A stretch of DNA of 48,646 bases from Craspedostauros australis (taxonomy: Eukaryota): assembly GCA_030167865.1 (NCBI GenBank), contig JALAGF010002523.1, positions 1-48,646 on the forward strand, written 5' to 3'. Each line of letters starts with the position of its first letter. Position 1 is the first letter of the stretch. The position numbers were made by a program, and so were the translations under genes. This document shows positions 23,660 through 33,873 of this stretch, piece after piece. Below the pieces are notes generated by a model. That model saw nothing but the letters and a program-made list of their open reading frames with translations, had not been told where the DNA came from and searched no databases.

Positions 23660-24799
23660 TTAGGCGCCTTCCTCGCTGGTGATGACCAAAGTACCCTCGT
23701 AGAAGACTGGCTTTGGTGGTCGGGTCCACAATGGTTGCGGCGGTCCACCAGCAGCATCAGCGGGCGGCTTGGCGGCGCTCTCCTTGGTCGTGGCTTGCTC
23801 GGCGGGTGGCTTGGCATCGCCATGGCCCTGCTGGAACGCCGTTCCCTCACGCCAGGCCTGGAAACTGGCGCGATCCTTCCAGATGGTGGTGCTGAGGTAG
23901 GTCGGTTCCTCGTTGGTCATCTCGACGGTGCCATGGCCCTTGGCCTGTCCGTCACGTCGCAGCATGGAGAAGGTGACGAAGCCATCGCAGTCCTTGAGCT
24001 TGCTCTCGCGTTGCGCCCATCGCTGCTCGAATGCAGGTGCGTTTTCGGGTGGGACGAAGAATTGATTCTGGGCGACGAAGCACTCGGTGGGGAGGTTGGT
24101 GACACCATCGGCAGTGACGCTGCGCCAGCCATCGACGATGTCGTACGATGTGTTCGGGGCCGTGGACTGCATGAGAAGTCCGTCGTAGAAGGCAGGACGC
24201 GGTGGTCCACGCAGAATGAAGGCGGAGTTGACCATGGTGGAAAGGAAGGCGCCGATGGAAGTGCCGCCGTGGGCCTCCTTGAAGGCCTCTCCCTTGCGCC
24301 AGGCGGAGAAGTGGGACTTCTTCTCCCAGATGGTGAAGGAGACGTAGTTTCCCTGGGCAGAGTCGGCATCGGTGCCCTCATCGTAGGCGCAGGAACCGTC
24401 GTCGTTAAGCTGCACGCGTCTCATGAGGTGGAAGTAGCGGAACCCATCGAGCGTGGCCAGCTTGGACTTGCGCGTGGCCCATCTCTTCTCGAACTTGGCG
24501 CCTTTGCCGCTGCGCACCGCGAAGCGGTTGGTGGCCATGTAGCGATCTCGTTTCAGCAGTCCCTTCGCGGTGAACTTGCTGTCGTCATCCTCGTCATCTT
24601 CATTGCTCTCATTGCCAGCGCCCTTCGCGGTGGAGGAAGCTTCGCTGGTTGTGGTGGAGAACAGGGAGGTGCTGCTCGTTGGAGCAACTGCCCCCAGCGA
24701 AGCCACTTGCGATTGCGATGGAACGGCAAAGGCAGTGGCAGTTCCCATCAACGTGACAGCGACGAGCGCTGCGATGAGTGTCGTTTCGGTCAGCTTCAT
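23660..24799 (-). CDS. Plastid-targeted tandem ABM-domain protein, IsdG/HmoA-like heme-degrading monooxygenase (379 aa)
   Basis: Start MKLTETT at 24799. Signal peptide ending ATA-FAVP plus a Ser/Thr-rich transit peptide. Two ABM domains: TNRF..FEKRW..DGF..TIW....F.AW....F..AH and QNQF..FEQRW..DGF..TIW....FQAW....F..GH. Confidence 0.85.
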   Translation of the reverse strand: MKLTETTLIAALVAVTLMGTATAFAVPSQSQVASLGAVAPTSSTSLFSTTTSEASSTAKGAGNESNEDDEDDDSKFTAKGLLKRDRYMATNRFAVRSGKGAKFEKRWATRKSKLATLDGFRYFHLMRRVQLNDDGSCAYDEGTDADSAQGNYVSFTIWEKKSHFSAWRKGEAFKEAHGGTSIGAFLSTMVNSAFILRGPPRPAFYDGLLMQSTAPNTSYDIVDGWRSVTADGVTNLPTECFVAQNQFFVPPENAPAFEQRWAQRESKLKDCDGFVTFSMLRRDGQAKGHGTVEMTNEEPTYLSTTIWKDRASFQAWREGTAFQQGHGDAKPPAEQATTKESAAKPPADAAGGPPQPLWTRPPKPVFYEGTLVITSEEGA

Positions 24800-25373
24800 C
24801 TTGGTCGTTCCAATGGCGTCTCTCAGCAGTGTCTGTTGGGAATCCAATCGCAATAGATCAAGTTACTGTTTGTGGCAAGATGATCTTGCTCGTCGATGCA
24901 GTTATTATGACTATTGTGGATGACGGCGGAAGCAGGCAACGCGAAGCAACATGTGCACAACGAGGAGGGCGAAGATACGATACTCGTGACACCAGAGAGA
25001 CAGAGGGCGCAATCAAGAACACAAGAGAGCGACCGAGTCAGAGAGATGGCGACAAAGAGTATCTTTGTGGATGAGTCCGATGGACCAGTTCGATTCAAAC
25101 GAAAGACGAGAAAAGTTGGAGAGACGCAGACGCCCGTTGGTCATTGGGCGTGACACCAACTCTTGTCACCGAGGATCACAAAGGAGATGCGCTCTGCAAC
25201 ACACTCTCTCCGGTTCTCTCGGTGCATCCTGGAGAGGAGAAACAGAGTACTACTATCCGTGTGGTGCTTCACTTCATCGTTTCCGTGGGGCACGGGGGTG
25301 ACACCGCACTGCGCTACGCTCCATGTCGTTTCATTTCATTCCGACTCCTTCCAACGCTTCATCAGCCGGCAAC

Positions 25374-26192
25374 ATGAGCAGAAACCAAAGCAGCAAGACA
25401 AGTCCGATCCCGATCGCTTCGGCCGTCGGGTTGGTGTACTACCTTGCCATCGCTGTGGAACCTGTGCAACGCAAGCGGGTGGTGAACGACGTTGCCATTC
25501 CTGCGTACGGATTGGGCGTGCTCGCGTTCCTGCTTGTGCAATTCCAGAAATGGAGACGGCGACGCTGGCAGGCGCAGGAACTGCGAGTCAAGGTGGCGTT
25601 GCAACGGGAAGAGCGAATTCGACAACAGCAAGAACGAGAGCTGCAGGTGCGCCAGAAGGAACAGAAGCGATCGCTGAAGGACAACGATGCGTCCGCGCTG
25701 TGCCTATCCGGCGCCTACAAGCTCACGCAGAATCACAATTACGAAGCATTCCTCGGCGCCCAAGGCGTGCCATGGGCGCTGCGCGCGGCGGCCAACACAG
25801 CGCGACCGACGCATCGCATCACGCACGTCGGGAATGCGCTCACGATCAAGATCGAGGGCATCATCGAAACGCAGACGACCTACACCATCGAGGGTCCGCC
25901 GGTGCGCAGCGCGGTGCGCGGTCGCGTCTTTGAGGACGCCGTGACGTACTGGAGGCGTGACGATGCGGGGACGTCGGCGATATTGGGGTCATCGAAAGGG
26001 GCATCCGACGATGATGCCAATCCCATCATCGGGATCAAGGTTCAGAAGCGCGCCATCAATCAGGGGTATGGAGTCGATGTGCGGCGGAGATTGTCGCATG
26101 ATCAGAAGACGCTCATCTCGTCCTGCATCATCACATTCGATGATCATCGCAAGGATATCGCCTGCAAACAGATCTTTCGGCGTGTGGAATGA
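25374..26192 (+). CDS. Membrane-anchored coiled-coil + FABP/calycin-like protein (272 aa)
   Basis: Two N-terminal hydrophobic segments and a Q/E/R coiled coil. These are followed by LSGAYKLTQNHNYEAFLGAQGVPWALRAAA, matching the FABP N-terminal pattern, and a C-terminal C.QIFRR strand. Confidence 0.72.
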   Translation: MSRNQSSKTSPIPIASAVGLVYYLAIAVEPVQRKRVVNDVAIPAYGLGVLAFLLVQFQKWRRRRWQAQELRVKVALQREERIRQQQERELQVRQKEQKRSLKDNDASALCLSGAYKLTQNHNYEAFLGAQGVPWALRAAANTARPTHRITHVGNALTIKIEGIIETQTTYTIEGPPVRSAVRGRVFEDAVTYWRRDDAGTSAILGSSKGASDDDANPIIGIKVQKRAINQGYGVDVRRRLSHDQKTLISSCIITFDDHRKDIACKQIFRRVE

Positions 26193-27085
26193 GATGGGAT
26201 GGGATGGGATGGAATGGGATGAAATGGACCGCGCAGTCAGGCAATGGATTGAGCAAGGGGGGCGAGCTGCTTGCGCCATGCTCGTACCATACGTACATAC
26301 ATACTCAAGCAACAGCATGCATGGTGCTATGCGCTGCAATGCACACAATCATGGTACGTGGACAGGGGAACCAATGAAAGAAAGAAGAAGGAATCAATGG
26401 ATGAATGGATGAAAGAGGCTTGAAATGAACAACCAACCAACCGATCAACGAAGCAACCAAGCAAGCAAACTAAATGAAAAAACAACTGGACGGATGCATG
26501 GAGCGCAAGGTTGATTCCAGACCAACCATGGAGAGCCTGCAAATCACCAGTCAAATAAGCTACTGCACGTACTAAATACTAAAGTATAGCATAATATTAC
26601 ACAAGCTACAAGTGCGAACGCTGCGATCCACGTCGAGGACCATTCGAGTGCGCTGCACACATCAGCTGCTCTCCTGATACTCGTAATCGTGGATGGTATC
26701 GAGAGCTCTTCCATTTCGGGAGGAAGAAGAAGTTTGGCACACGAGTGGACAGGGATCCCGTTTGACGTCACCGGCAGAACCTTCCACAATCTTCGCCAAT
26801 GGCCGAAAAATCAGGATCCGCGTCGCGTTTTGGGTGATGTTCGGTGGTGATGGGACGTGGATTGGCATCAGCGACAATGGAGAGAGAAGAGTAGGTCGTC
26901 GGCTGCTGCGGAGCGTGCGCGAGCCATTGGTAGAGACACACGCAACGCTCACCTCAACTGCGCTCCTGGGAGCACGACCGCACCTGCAGGTTCCAACCAA
27001 GACACAACGGCGCAACCACAACCAAAGCTTGCTTCGATACCGACAGCGGGTGCTGACACAACCACAGCGCCGCAGCAAGTGCAGA

Positions 27086-30000
27086 ATGTCCTTGATCGCT
27101 GCCATCAACTCAAGCACAAGGACACGAACGATATCAAGCCTCAGTAGTAGCCTCAGTGGTAGTCTCAGTGGTAGCCTCAGTAGTAGCACCAGTAGTAGCA
27201 CTAGCATCCGCAGACGCAGACACAGACACAGCGCAGCCTTTCCATTGAGACGCTACCTGCCGCTGCTTCCCCTCTTCGTCTCATCCTTCGTGTGCAGGCG
27301 CTCCATCACCTCGCTTTCTTCTGCTGCTGCTTCTGCTCGCAACGGCGCCGCCACTGCATCAGCAACCTCAAGGCCTCCCTTCGCCTTCGCCTTTGCCATC
27401 CATCCCCAAAAGCAGACTCGCACTCTCAGCCGCGGCCTCTTTCCTGGTCAGAACTCCCACGGCATCAGCAGCAGCAGCAGCAGTACAGGCAGCAGCAACT
27501 TCCTCTCCACCATGTCCCCTGCCATGCCCCCTGCCATGTCCCCTGCCGCAGCAACAGCCGCAGGCGCCATCGACAGCACCCTGCCCAAGGCCGAGACGGG
27601 CATCCTGGATCTCTGGAGCAAGAGCCCGGAGGCCGATGGCCGCGGCATCGTCATCGGCATCATGGACTCCGGCTGCGACCTGGCGGCTGCCGGTCTGCAG
27701 ATCGCGTCCACGGGACAGCCGAAGTACATAGACTTCTTGGACTGCAGCGGCGACGGCGATGTCGACATGGCCAAGACCGCCAACATCACGCGTCCCGAGG
27801 ACGCTGCGGGGCCGCCCACAGTCAAGGGACTCTCGGGACGCACCCTCAAGCTCAGCCCGGACTGGCTGCCGGAATCCGCCACCGAGCTTCACCTGGGCGC
27901 CGTGCGTCTCTTCGACATCATCCCGGGCACCGTGGCGAGGCGCGTGCGCACGGAGCGCAAGACCTACTTCCAGACCCTGCACCACACCTCCACCTGCAGC
28001 GTGCAGGACCAGATCAAGACGCTCGAGGAAGCCGCCAAGGGGAAGGACGCGTCCAAGCTGCAGCTCAACGACGCCAAGACCTTGCTGGAGCAGCTCACGG
28101 CCAGCATGGAGGACTACGACGATGCGGGGCCGCTCATGGACGTCATCTCCTTCAAGGACGCCAGCGGCGTGTGGAGGGCCGTGCTGGATCTCAATGCCGA
28201 CGGCGATCTCACCGGCACTCCCGCCATGGCGGCCTTCGCCGTCGATCGCCAGATGGGCACCTTGGGCTTCGGATCCGCCGTCACCTACTGCTTCCAATTC
28301 TTCGAGGATGGCAAGCTCCTCAGCATCGTCACGGACGGTGGTTCCCACGGCACGCACGTCGCGGGCATCGCGGCTGCAAACTTTGATGATCCCAATGCAG
28401 CAGCCGCGTCCACGGATGGCGACGCAACGGCACCGGTACCAAATCCAAAGAACGGCGTCGCTCCTGGCGCGCAGCTGGTGGGGCTCAAGATTGGCGACGG
28501 CCGTGTAGACACCACGGAGACTGGAACGGCGCTGGTGCGCGGTCTCATCACCGCCAAGAAGTACAACTGCCACCTCGTCAACCTCTCCTACGGTGAACCA
28601 TCCTGGCAGCCTGACAATGGACACGGACGCGTCGCGCAGACTTTCGCGGATGCCGTCTACAAGTGGGGTATGACTGTCTTCACATCCGCTGGCAACAATG
28701 GACCGGCCTTGTCCACCGTGGGATCGCCAGGAGGCATCACGGCGCCCATCACCGTCGGTGCCTACGTCTCCCCACCCATGATGAGGGAGCAGTACTCCAC
28801 CTTGCCTTTGGGAGACGACGCCGACAAGCCCGACGAAGCGATCGGGCTGCGAGAAACATCCTACAGCTTCACGTCGCGCGGTCCAACACCGGATGGTGCT
28901 TTTCCTGACATCTGCGCTCCGGGTGGCGCCATCGCGCCTATTCCACGCCACACATTGCAAGGCAAGGCGCAGAAGCATGGCACGAGCATGTCGTCTCCCA
29001 ACGCCTGCGGCGTTGCAGCATGCGTCCTTTCTGCCGTCTTCCAAAAGCTCAAGGCCGCTGGCGGCGATGGAGAGATCATTGTCAATCCAAACGAACTCAA
29101 GCGTGCGCTCCTCAACACCGCCAAGCCAGTTGATGTCGCCGAGCCGTTCGGGCAGGGCATGGGCTTGATCTCCGCGGTCGATGCCGTCGATTACATCCTC
29201 CAGCACCATGGCAAGCAAGGCCAGGACACCAACTTCGAGGTCGCCGTATTATCCCGCGGCAACAGCAACACGGCGCGTGGAATTTACATCCGCAACGCCC
29301 CCGAGCTGCAGCATGGACCAATGACCTTTGATGTGCGCGTCACGCCACGATTTCAGCATGCCATGCAACGCACCGAAGAGGAGGTGGATGAAATCGTCAA
29401 TCTCGAGCTCGACATGGAATTCAAGGTGCAGTCGTACATTGGTGATGCCGTGGATTGGGTGTCGTGTCCCGATCACATGACCTTGCTGTCGGGACGGGAA
29501 CGCGGGCAATCATTCGCCGTTCGCATCGATCCCACCAAGTTGTCTCCTGGCGTGCATTACGCCAAGGTGCAGGCCATCGAAACCAAGGATCCGGCCCGCG
29601 GCGCTCTGTTCTCTGTGCCAGTCACCGTCATCGTGCCGCACAACATGGATGCCACCACGGGAACGCCGGGCGTGGTGGAACCCACGGAGAATGAATTTGA
29701 CTTGACGATGCCTTTCTTGCTCAAGCCAGGCATCCCCGAACGGCGTTTCATCACAGTCCCGCAGGGTGTCGAATATGCCATTCTCAAAATCCGCAAACCC
29801 AAGTCATCCAAACTCAACAAGGGACCTCATCGCATCATCGTTCACACCATTCCATTCACGAGCACAGACGTGCACCATGACATGGTCCAGTCCAAGCGAT
29901 ACCTCACGGTGAGAGAAGACGATATGGGAAATCCGCTCGAGGTCAAGCTGAGGGCACGAGGCGGAGCGACTCTGGAGGTTTGCATCCAGCTCTCATGGCT

Positions 30001-31762
30001 GTCCAACCCAGAACCGGTCGAGCTGGACACGACCCTGGAATTTCATTCCTACAACTTCAAGGCTGCACCGATGTTTGCCACGCACGCGCTTCGTATTGGA
30101 TCCTCCACGGAATTCGCACGTACCGAGGTTGGCGCGCCGCTGCGAACAGAGATGATCAATCCGAAGGCCACCTTGAAGAGCGTCCATCGCACCATCCGAC
30201 CGAAGAAGTGCACCATATCCACCGCACTTCCAGATCGCGACGTGTTGCTGCCATCGGATGCCGAGGTCCGCGCTGCTCCTGCCGATGAACCACCGGTGGG
30301 CACGCTCATTCACCAAGCCCATTTGGATTACGAATTCGAGTTGGATGCAAACGACATGTCCGTCACGCCACGATTGGCGTCCCTCTTCTTTCAGCTTTAC
30401 GACAGCCCGATCGACTCGCAGCTATGGGCACTCAAGGACTGCAACGGGCAGATCCTCCAGTACGGCGGGGCCATGCACGACTCATCCGCCGTCACGCTCA
30501 AGAAGGGCAAGTATTCGCTGAACCTGTTGCTGCGTCATCCAGAACGCGCGGTGCTCGATGCTTTGAAGGACATTCCGATGCGTCTCATGTTCGACTTGAA
30601 GGGGAGCAACGCGCTGGACTGCAGCGTGTACTCTGAATTTGATGCGGCATCGACGCCTGCCGTCACCGCAAAGCAAGACAAGGGCATCATCCCTCGCAAG
30701 GCGGTCGGCAAGCGCACCATGAAACGGGGCACCTACAAAAGTCTGTACGTGTCACGCCCAACGGGCAAGATGCCAACCTGGATCCAACCTGGCGACGTCA
30801 TGACCGGAACATTCTACGTCGACAAGGACAACGCACTGTCAGGCATGTCGTTAATTTACGAATTGCCACCGAAACCAGCCAAGAAGTCTGACGACAAGTC
30901 ATCATCATCATCATCATCATCGTCGTCGTCTGAGAGCAAGAAGGATGAAGATGACGAAGCGAAGGATGCGGAAGCATTGGAGAAGGCGATCTTCGAGGCC
31001 AAGCTGAAGCATCTCAAGACGCTGCGTTCCAAATCGGAGGCGTACGCCAAGCTCTCTGACGCGTTGAAGGAGGAGAAGCCAAACGATCTGAGTTTGAGGA
31101 AGGAATTGCTGGAGTATGCAAAGTCTGCCAAGAAACCAGAAGATGTGGAAGATGAAGATGCGTGGCGAGCTGGTGAGATCGCGACGGTCGTGGATGCCTT
31201 GACGGCAGAGGGCGGTCCTATTGACACCGCCAAGCTGGCGCAGTACTTTGGCTGCAACAGCAGCGCCATCGATGAAGATGAGGAGGAGGACAGCGAAGAG
31301 ACGAAGAAGGCGAAGGAGCTCAAGAAGGAGATGGACGATCAGCGCAAGACGCTGCGTTCAGCTCTGTACAAAAAGGCCAGCGCGCTGGGCAAGGCGTTCA
31401 TGAAGCTGAAGAGCACTGAGGGCAGCGCTGATGCAGACGTCGAGGCTGCCAACGAAAAGTTCGTGACCGCCATGAAGGAATGCAAGGTATGGGTCAGCGG
31501 CGCCAGCGATCTGTCGGGCGACGAAGAGAAGGAAGGATACGCGTTGCTTTCGGCGCAGCTCGACATTGCCAAGGGCAAGCCAGCCGCCGCACTGGCTGGT
31601 CTGCGCAAGGCGTTAAAGGACATGCCAGCGAGTTCCAAGAAACGCAAGGAAGTTTCGCGGCAGGTCATTGAGCTGTACCGCACGCTGGGACTGGAGCATT
31701 GGGCTGAGAATTGGGAGAATACCATGTTCCAGCAGTTCCCCGTCACCTCGCAGACGCTTTAA
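27086..31762 (+). CDS. TPP2: Tripeptidyl peptidase II (subtilisin S8 family)
   Basis: Catalytic triad motifs IMDSGCD, GSHGTHVAGIAA and GTSMSSPNA. TPPII-typical LKIGDGR, NLSYGE and SAGNNGP, a large insert between Asp and His, and a long C-terminal domain. The start is uncertain (ATG 27086 or 27512). Confidence 0.92.
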   Translation: MSLIAAINSSTRTRTISSLSSSLSGSLSGSLSSSTSSSTSIRRRRHRHSAAFPLRRYLPLLPLFVSSFVCRRSITSLSSAAASARNGAATASATSRPPFAFAFAIHPQKQTRTLSRGLFPGQNSHGISSSSSSTGSSNFLSTMSPAMPPAMSPAAATAAGAIDSTLPKAETGILDLWSKSPEADGRGIVIGIMDSGCDLAAAGLQIASTGQPKYIDFLDCSGDGDVDMAKTANITRPEDAAGPPTVKGLSGRTLKLSPDWLPESATELHLGAVRLFDIIPGTVARRVRTERKTYFQTLHHTSTCSVQDQIKTLEEAAKGKDASKLQLNDAKTLLEQLTASMEDYDDAGPLMDVISFKDASGVWRAVLDLNADGDLTGTPAMAAFAVDRQMGTLGFGSAVTYCFQFFEDGKLLSIVTDGGSHGTHVAGIAAANFDDPNAAAASTDGDATAPVPNPKNGVAPGAQLVGLKIGDGRVDTTETGTALVRGLITAKKYNCHLVNLSYGEPSWQPDNGHGRVAQTFADAVYKWGMTVFTSAGNNGPALSTVGSPGGITAPITVGAYVSPPMMREQYSTLPLGDDADKPDEAIGLRETSYSFTSRGPTPDGAFPDICAPGGAIAPIPRHTLQGKAQKHGTSMSSPNACGVAACVLSAVFQKLKAAGGDGEIIVNPNELKRALLNTAKPVDVAEPFGQGMGLISAVDAVDYILQHHGKQGQDTNFEVAVLSRGNSNTARGIYIRNAPELQHGPMTFDVRVTPRFQHAMQRTEEEVDEIVNLELDMEFKVQSYIGDAVDWVSCPDHMTLLSGRERGQSFAVRIDPTKLSPGVHYAKVQAIETKDPARGALFSVPVTVIVPHNMDATTGTPGVVEPTENEFDLTMPFLLKPGIPERRFITVPQGVEYAILKIRKPKSSKLNKGPHRIIVHTIPFTSTDVHHDMVQSKRYLTVREDDMGNPLEVKLRARGGATLEVCIQLSWLSNPEPVELDTTLEFHSYNFKAAPMFATHALRIGSSTEFARTEVGAPLRTEMINPKATLKSVHRTIRPKKCTISTALPDRDVLLPSDAEVRAAPADEPPVGTLIHQAHLDYEFELDANDMSVTPRLASLFFQLYDSPIDSQLWALKDCNGQILQYGGAMHDSSAVTLKKGKYSLNLLLRHPERAVLDALKDIPMRLMFDLKGSNALDCSVYSEFDAASTPAVTAKQDKGIIPRKAVGKRTMKRGTYKSLYVSRPTGKMPTWIQPGDVMTGTFYVDKDNALSGMSLIYELPPKPAKKSDDKSSSSSSSSSSSESKKDEDDEAKDAEALEKAIFEAKLKHLKTLRSKSEAYAKLSDALKEEKPNDLSLRKELLEYAKSAKKPEDVEDEDAWRAGEIATVVDALTAEGGPIDTAKLAQYFGCNSSAIDEDEEEDSEETKKAKELKKEMDDQRKTLRSALYKKASALGKAFMKLKSTEGSADADVEAANEKFVTAMKECKVWVSGASDLSGDEEKEGYALLSAQLDIAKGKPAAALAGLRKALKDMPASSKKRKEVSRQVIELYRTLGLEHWAENWENTMFQQFPVTSQTL

Positions 31763-31923
31763 AACGCTAGTGTGTATTGTACGACGCAGGAGATCGTCTA
31801 CTCGAGTGTTTGGATTGATTGTTGAGTGCCCAAAGTCCATTCGTCTGCTCTCGTAAACTCTTCGTGTTCGTCATGACAGGACAGGGCAACTCGTACGTAT
31901 TATATGAGTATACATTCTACATC

Positions 31924-33335
31924 TCATGGCAACTCGTGGGCCCCGAGCAAATCCGCCGTCTTTTGCCGAACCCCCAGCGTGCAATTCAAAGCATGGATTG
32001 GAGACCGCTGGTGTTCCTCAACGTTTTCGTTGGACAGACTAAGCCACGCCAGGCTGTAAAAGGCATGCAGCATGTCGGGATACGCTCCAACCATCTTTCC
32101 GAATCCACCAAACCGCGGTGTCTGGCAGGTCATGATGAAATTACGCAATGGCAGCTGCTGCAACAGCCGATCCTGCCCCAGCAACCGCAGCGTTCCGCCA
32201 ATCCAGTACGAGTAGCACGTATCCTCCGCCTTGCCGGGACGCCCCTGCATGCCACCGATTTGACGACGCACGCACCACGACACCAAATCTCGTCGCCAGG
32301 TCATGCCAGCATCATCGTCGTCCAAAACTTCGTTCAATTTGCCCATGAGCGTGAGCGCCGCTGTGCCACAGAATGTCGAGCCACCATGTCCCTCCTGTTG
32401 GCGTTTGAATCAGAGCATGAAGGTAGAACATTGTATTGCATGAAACGATGTGGTGTGGCGTGGTGTAGTGTGGTGTTAGTACGACGCAGTGAGTGGCTCC
32501 GCACAATATTTGGAGTAGGCGAGCTGCCCAATGGCTCCGCATCCCGTGCATCATGACTGACAAGAACACCTTGACAACCACCATCGTCGTTGAAAATGGG
32601 TGAACACAAAGATAGATGCAGGTACATAGATAGATAGATCGATAGATAGAGATACAGAACAAATGTACGCACCTGACCGGGTATCAACCCGATGGCACCA
32701 TCAAAGGAGCGACACGACCGGATGTAGTCCACCGCACGATCGACGTCGCACCCGGACCAATCCTGGAGGACGTAGGATATGACGCAGGCGCAATATAGAA
32801 AGCGCAGATCGTGCTCCGTGTTGTGACCCGAGACGCAGTTGAAGCTGCCATCGGGCTGCTGCAAGGATTTGAGCGAGGCCGTGATGGCGCTGGCATTGAT
32901 GCGGGACAGGTCATCGCCCAGCGTGCGCAGGGAGACCAACGCCGTGTACGTCATGGCGATGTGTCCTTGCAGGTATTCCTGTTTGGGACTCTCGCCCAGG
33001 AATGTGCCACCCAGGAATCCGGCCTGATCGGCAGTCGAGACGGGGGTGCCGCCGTCGTCATTGTCACGGCCATCGTCAATTGCACCAGCTGCGACATCAC
33101 CTTGCCTCGTCAGCTGCAGACTGTAGATCCATTCGATGAGCACGGGCTTGGACAGGTGCAGCTGTCGCAGACGGTCCGGGTCATCCCAGACGCCCAGCAA
33201 GTCCAGCGCCTGCACCGCGAAATGGACCAAGGTGAGACGGTTCGTGTCCAACTTGGTGTATGGCTCCGGCAGCTTCTGCAGAGAGTAGGCAAAGTACCGA
33301 ATGTGGCGTTCCGTATCGAAGGTTGGCAGGCTCAT
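31924..33335 (-). CDS. PGGT1B: Geranylgeranyl transferase type-1 subunit beta (2 exons: 33335-32673, 32394-31924; 377 aa)
   Basis: Motifs DTNRLTL, GHIAMTYTAL, EHDLRFLYCA, spliced PGQ|EGHGGSTFC, GRPGKAEDTCYSYWIG and PDMLHAFYSLA. Confidence 0.9.
32395..32672 (-). other. Spliceosomal intron (278 bp) of GGTase-I beta, containing a (GATA)n tract
   Basis: Donor GTGCGT at 32672 and acceptor CAG ending at 32395, phase 0. Removal restores the prenyltransferase repeat motif E.HGG.TFC. Confidence 0.88.
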
Positions 33336-33873
33336 GGTTCTGTGCATGGACCGGCGTGGACAGCTGTGGGAAGTTGTGGGAAGTTGTGGCAGGTATGAGT
33401 GCGGATGGGTTTTGTCCGAGCTTGGGCTTTGGGAGATGTGCTCTCCTGGTCGAAAGGGCCTCTTCTGTCCTTGCTTGTGGTCGTGTCTCTGTTCGGTTGG
33501 GTTCGTGTGGTATCTTTGGTCGACGGCGACTGCGGATGGTCGACACAACAGGTAGAAATCGCGCAGAGGCCACAAGAGAAGAACAGTCGAAGGGGTCATG
33601 TGGAGAATGGTCCCAAGATGACTTTTCTGCTTTGTGTCGCAATTCGCGCAAACGAAGAGATGGCTTTCTCACATCTTTTTCTCTTTCTGTCACATCGATC
33701 ACTGATCAGCAAAAGATCATAGTTGTAGAATACTATTCTCATAAATACTTCGAGAGAGTTGGAGAAGTGAAACGTGCAGTAAGCAAGGAGCAAAAAGGAG
33801 CATCCTAACCCACTCTCTCACACGGTTGAGTGACAACAACTCAGCACAACACAACACAGCGCAGCCCATCACC

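Noticed and set aside
27368-29218. 616-aa minus-strand ORF (similarly 13349..14608, 23735..24856 and 21731..22597)
   Set aside because: Antisense shadows of GC3-rich genes with no recognisable motifs.
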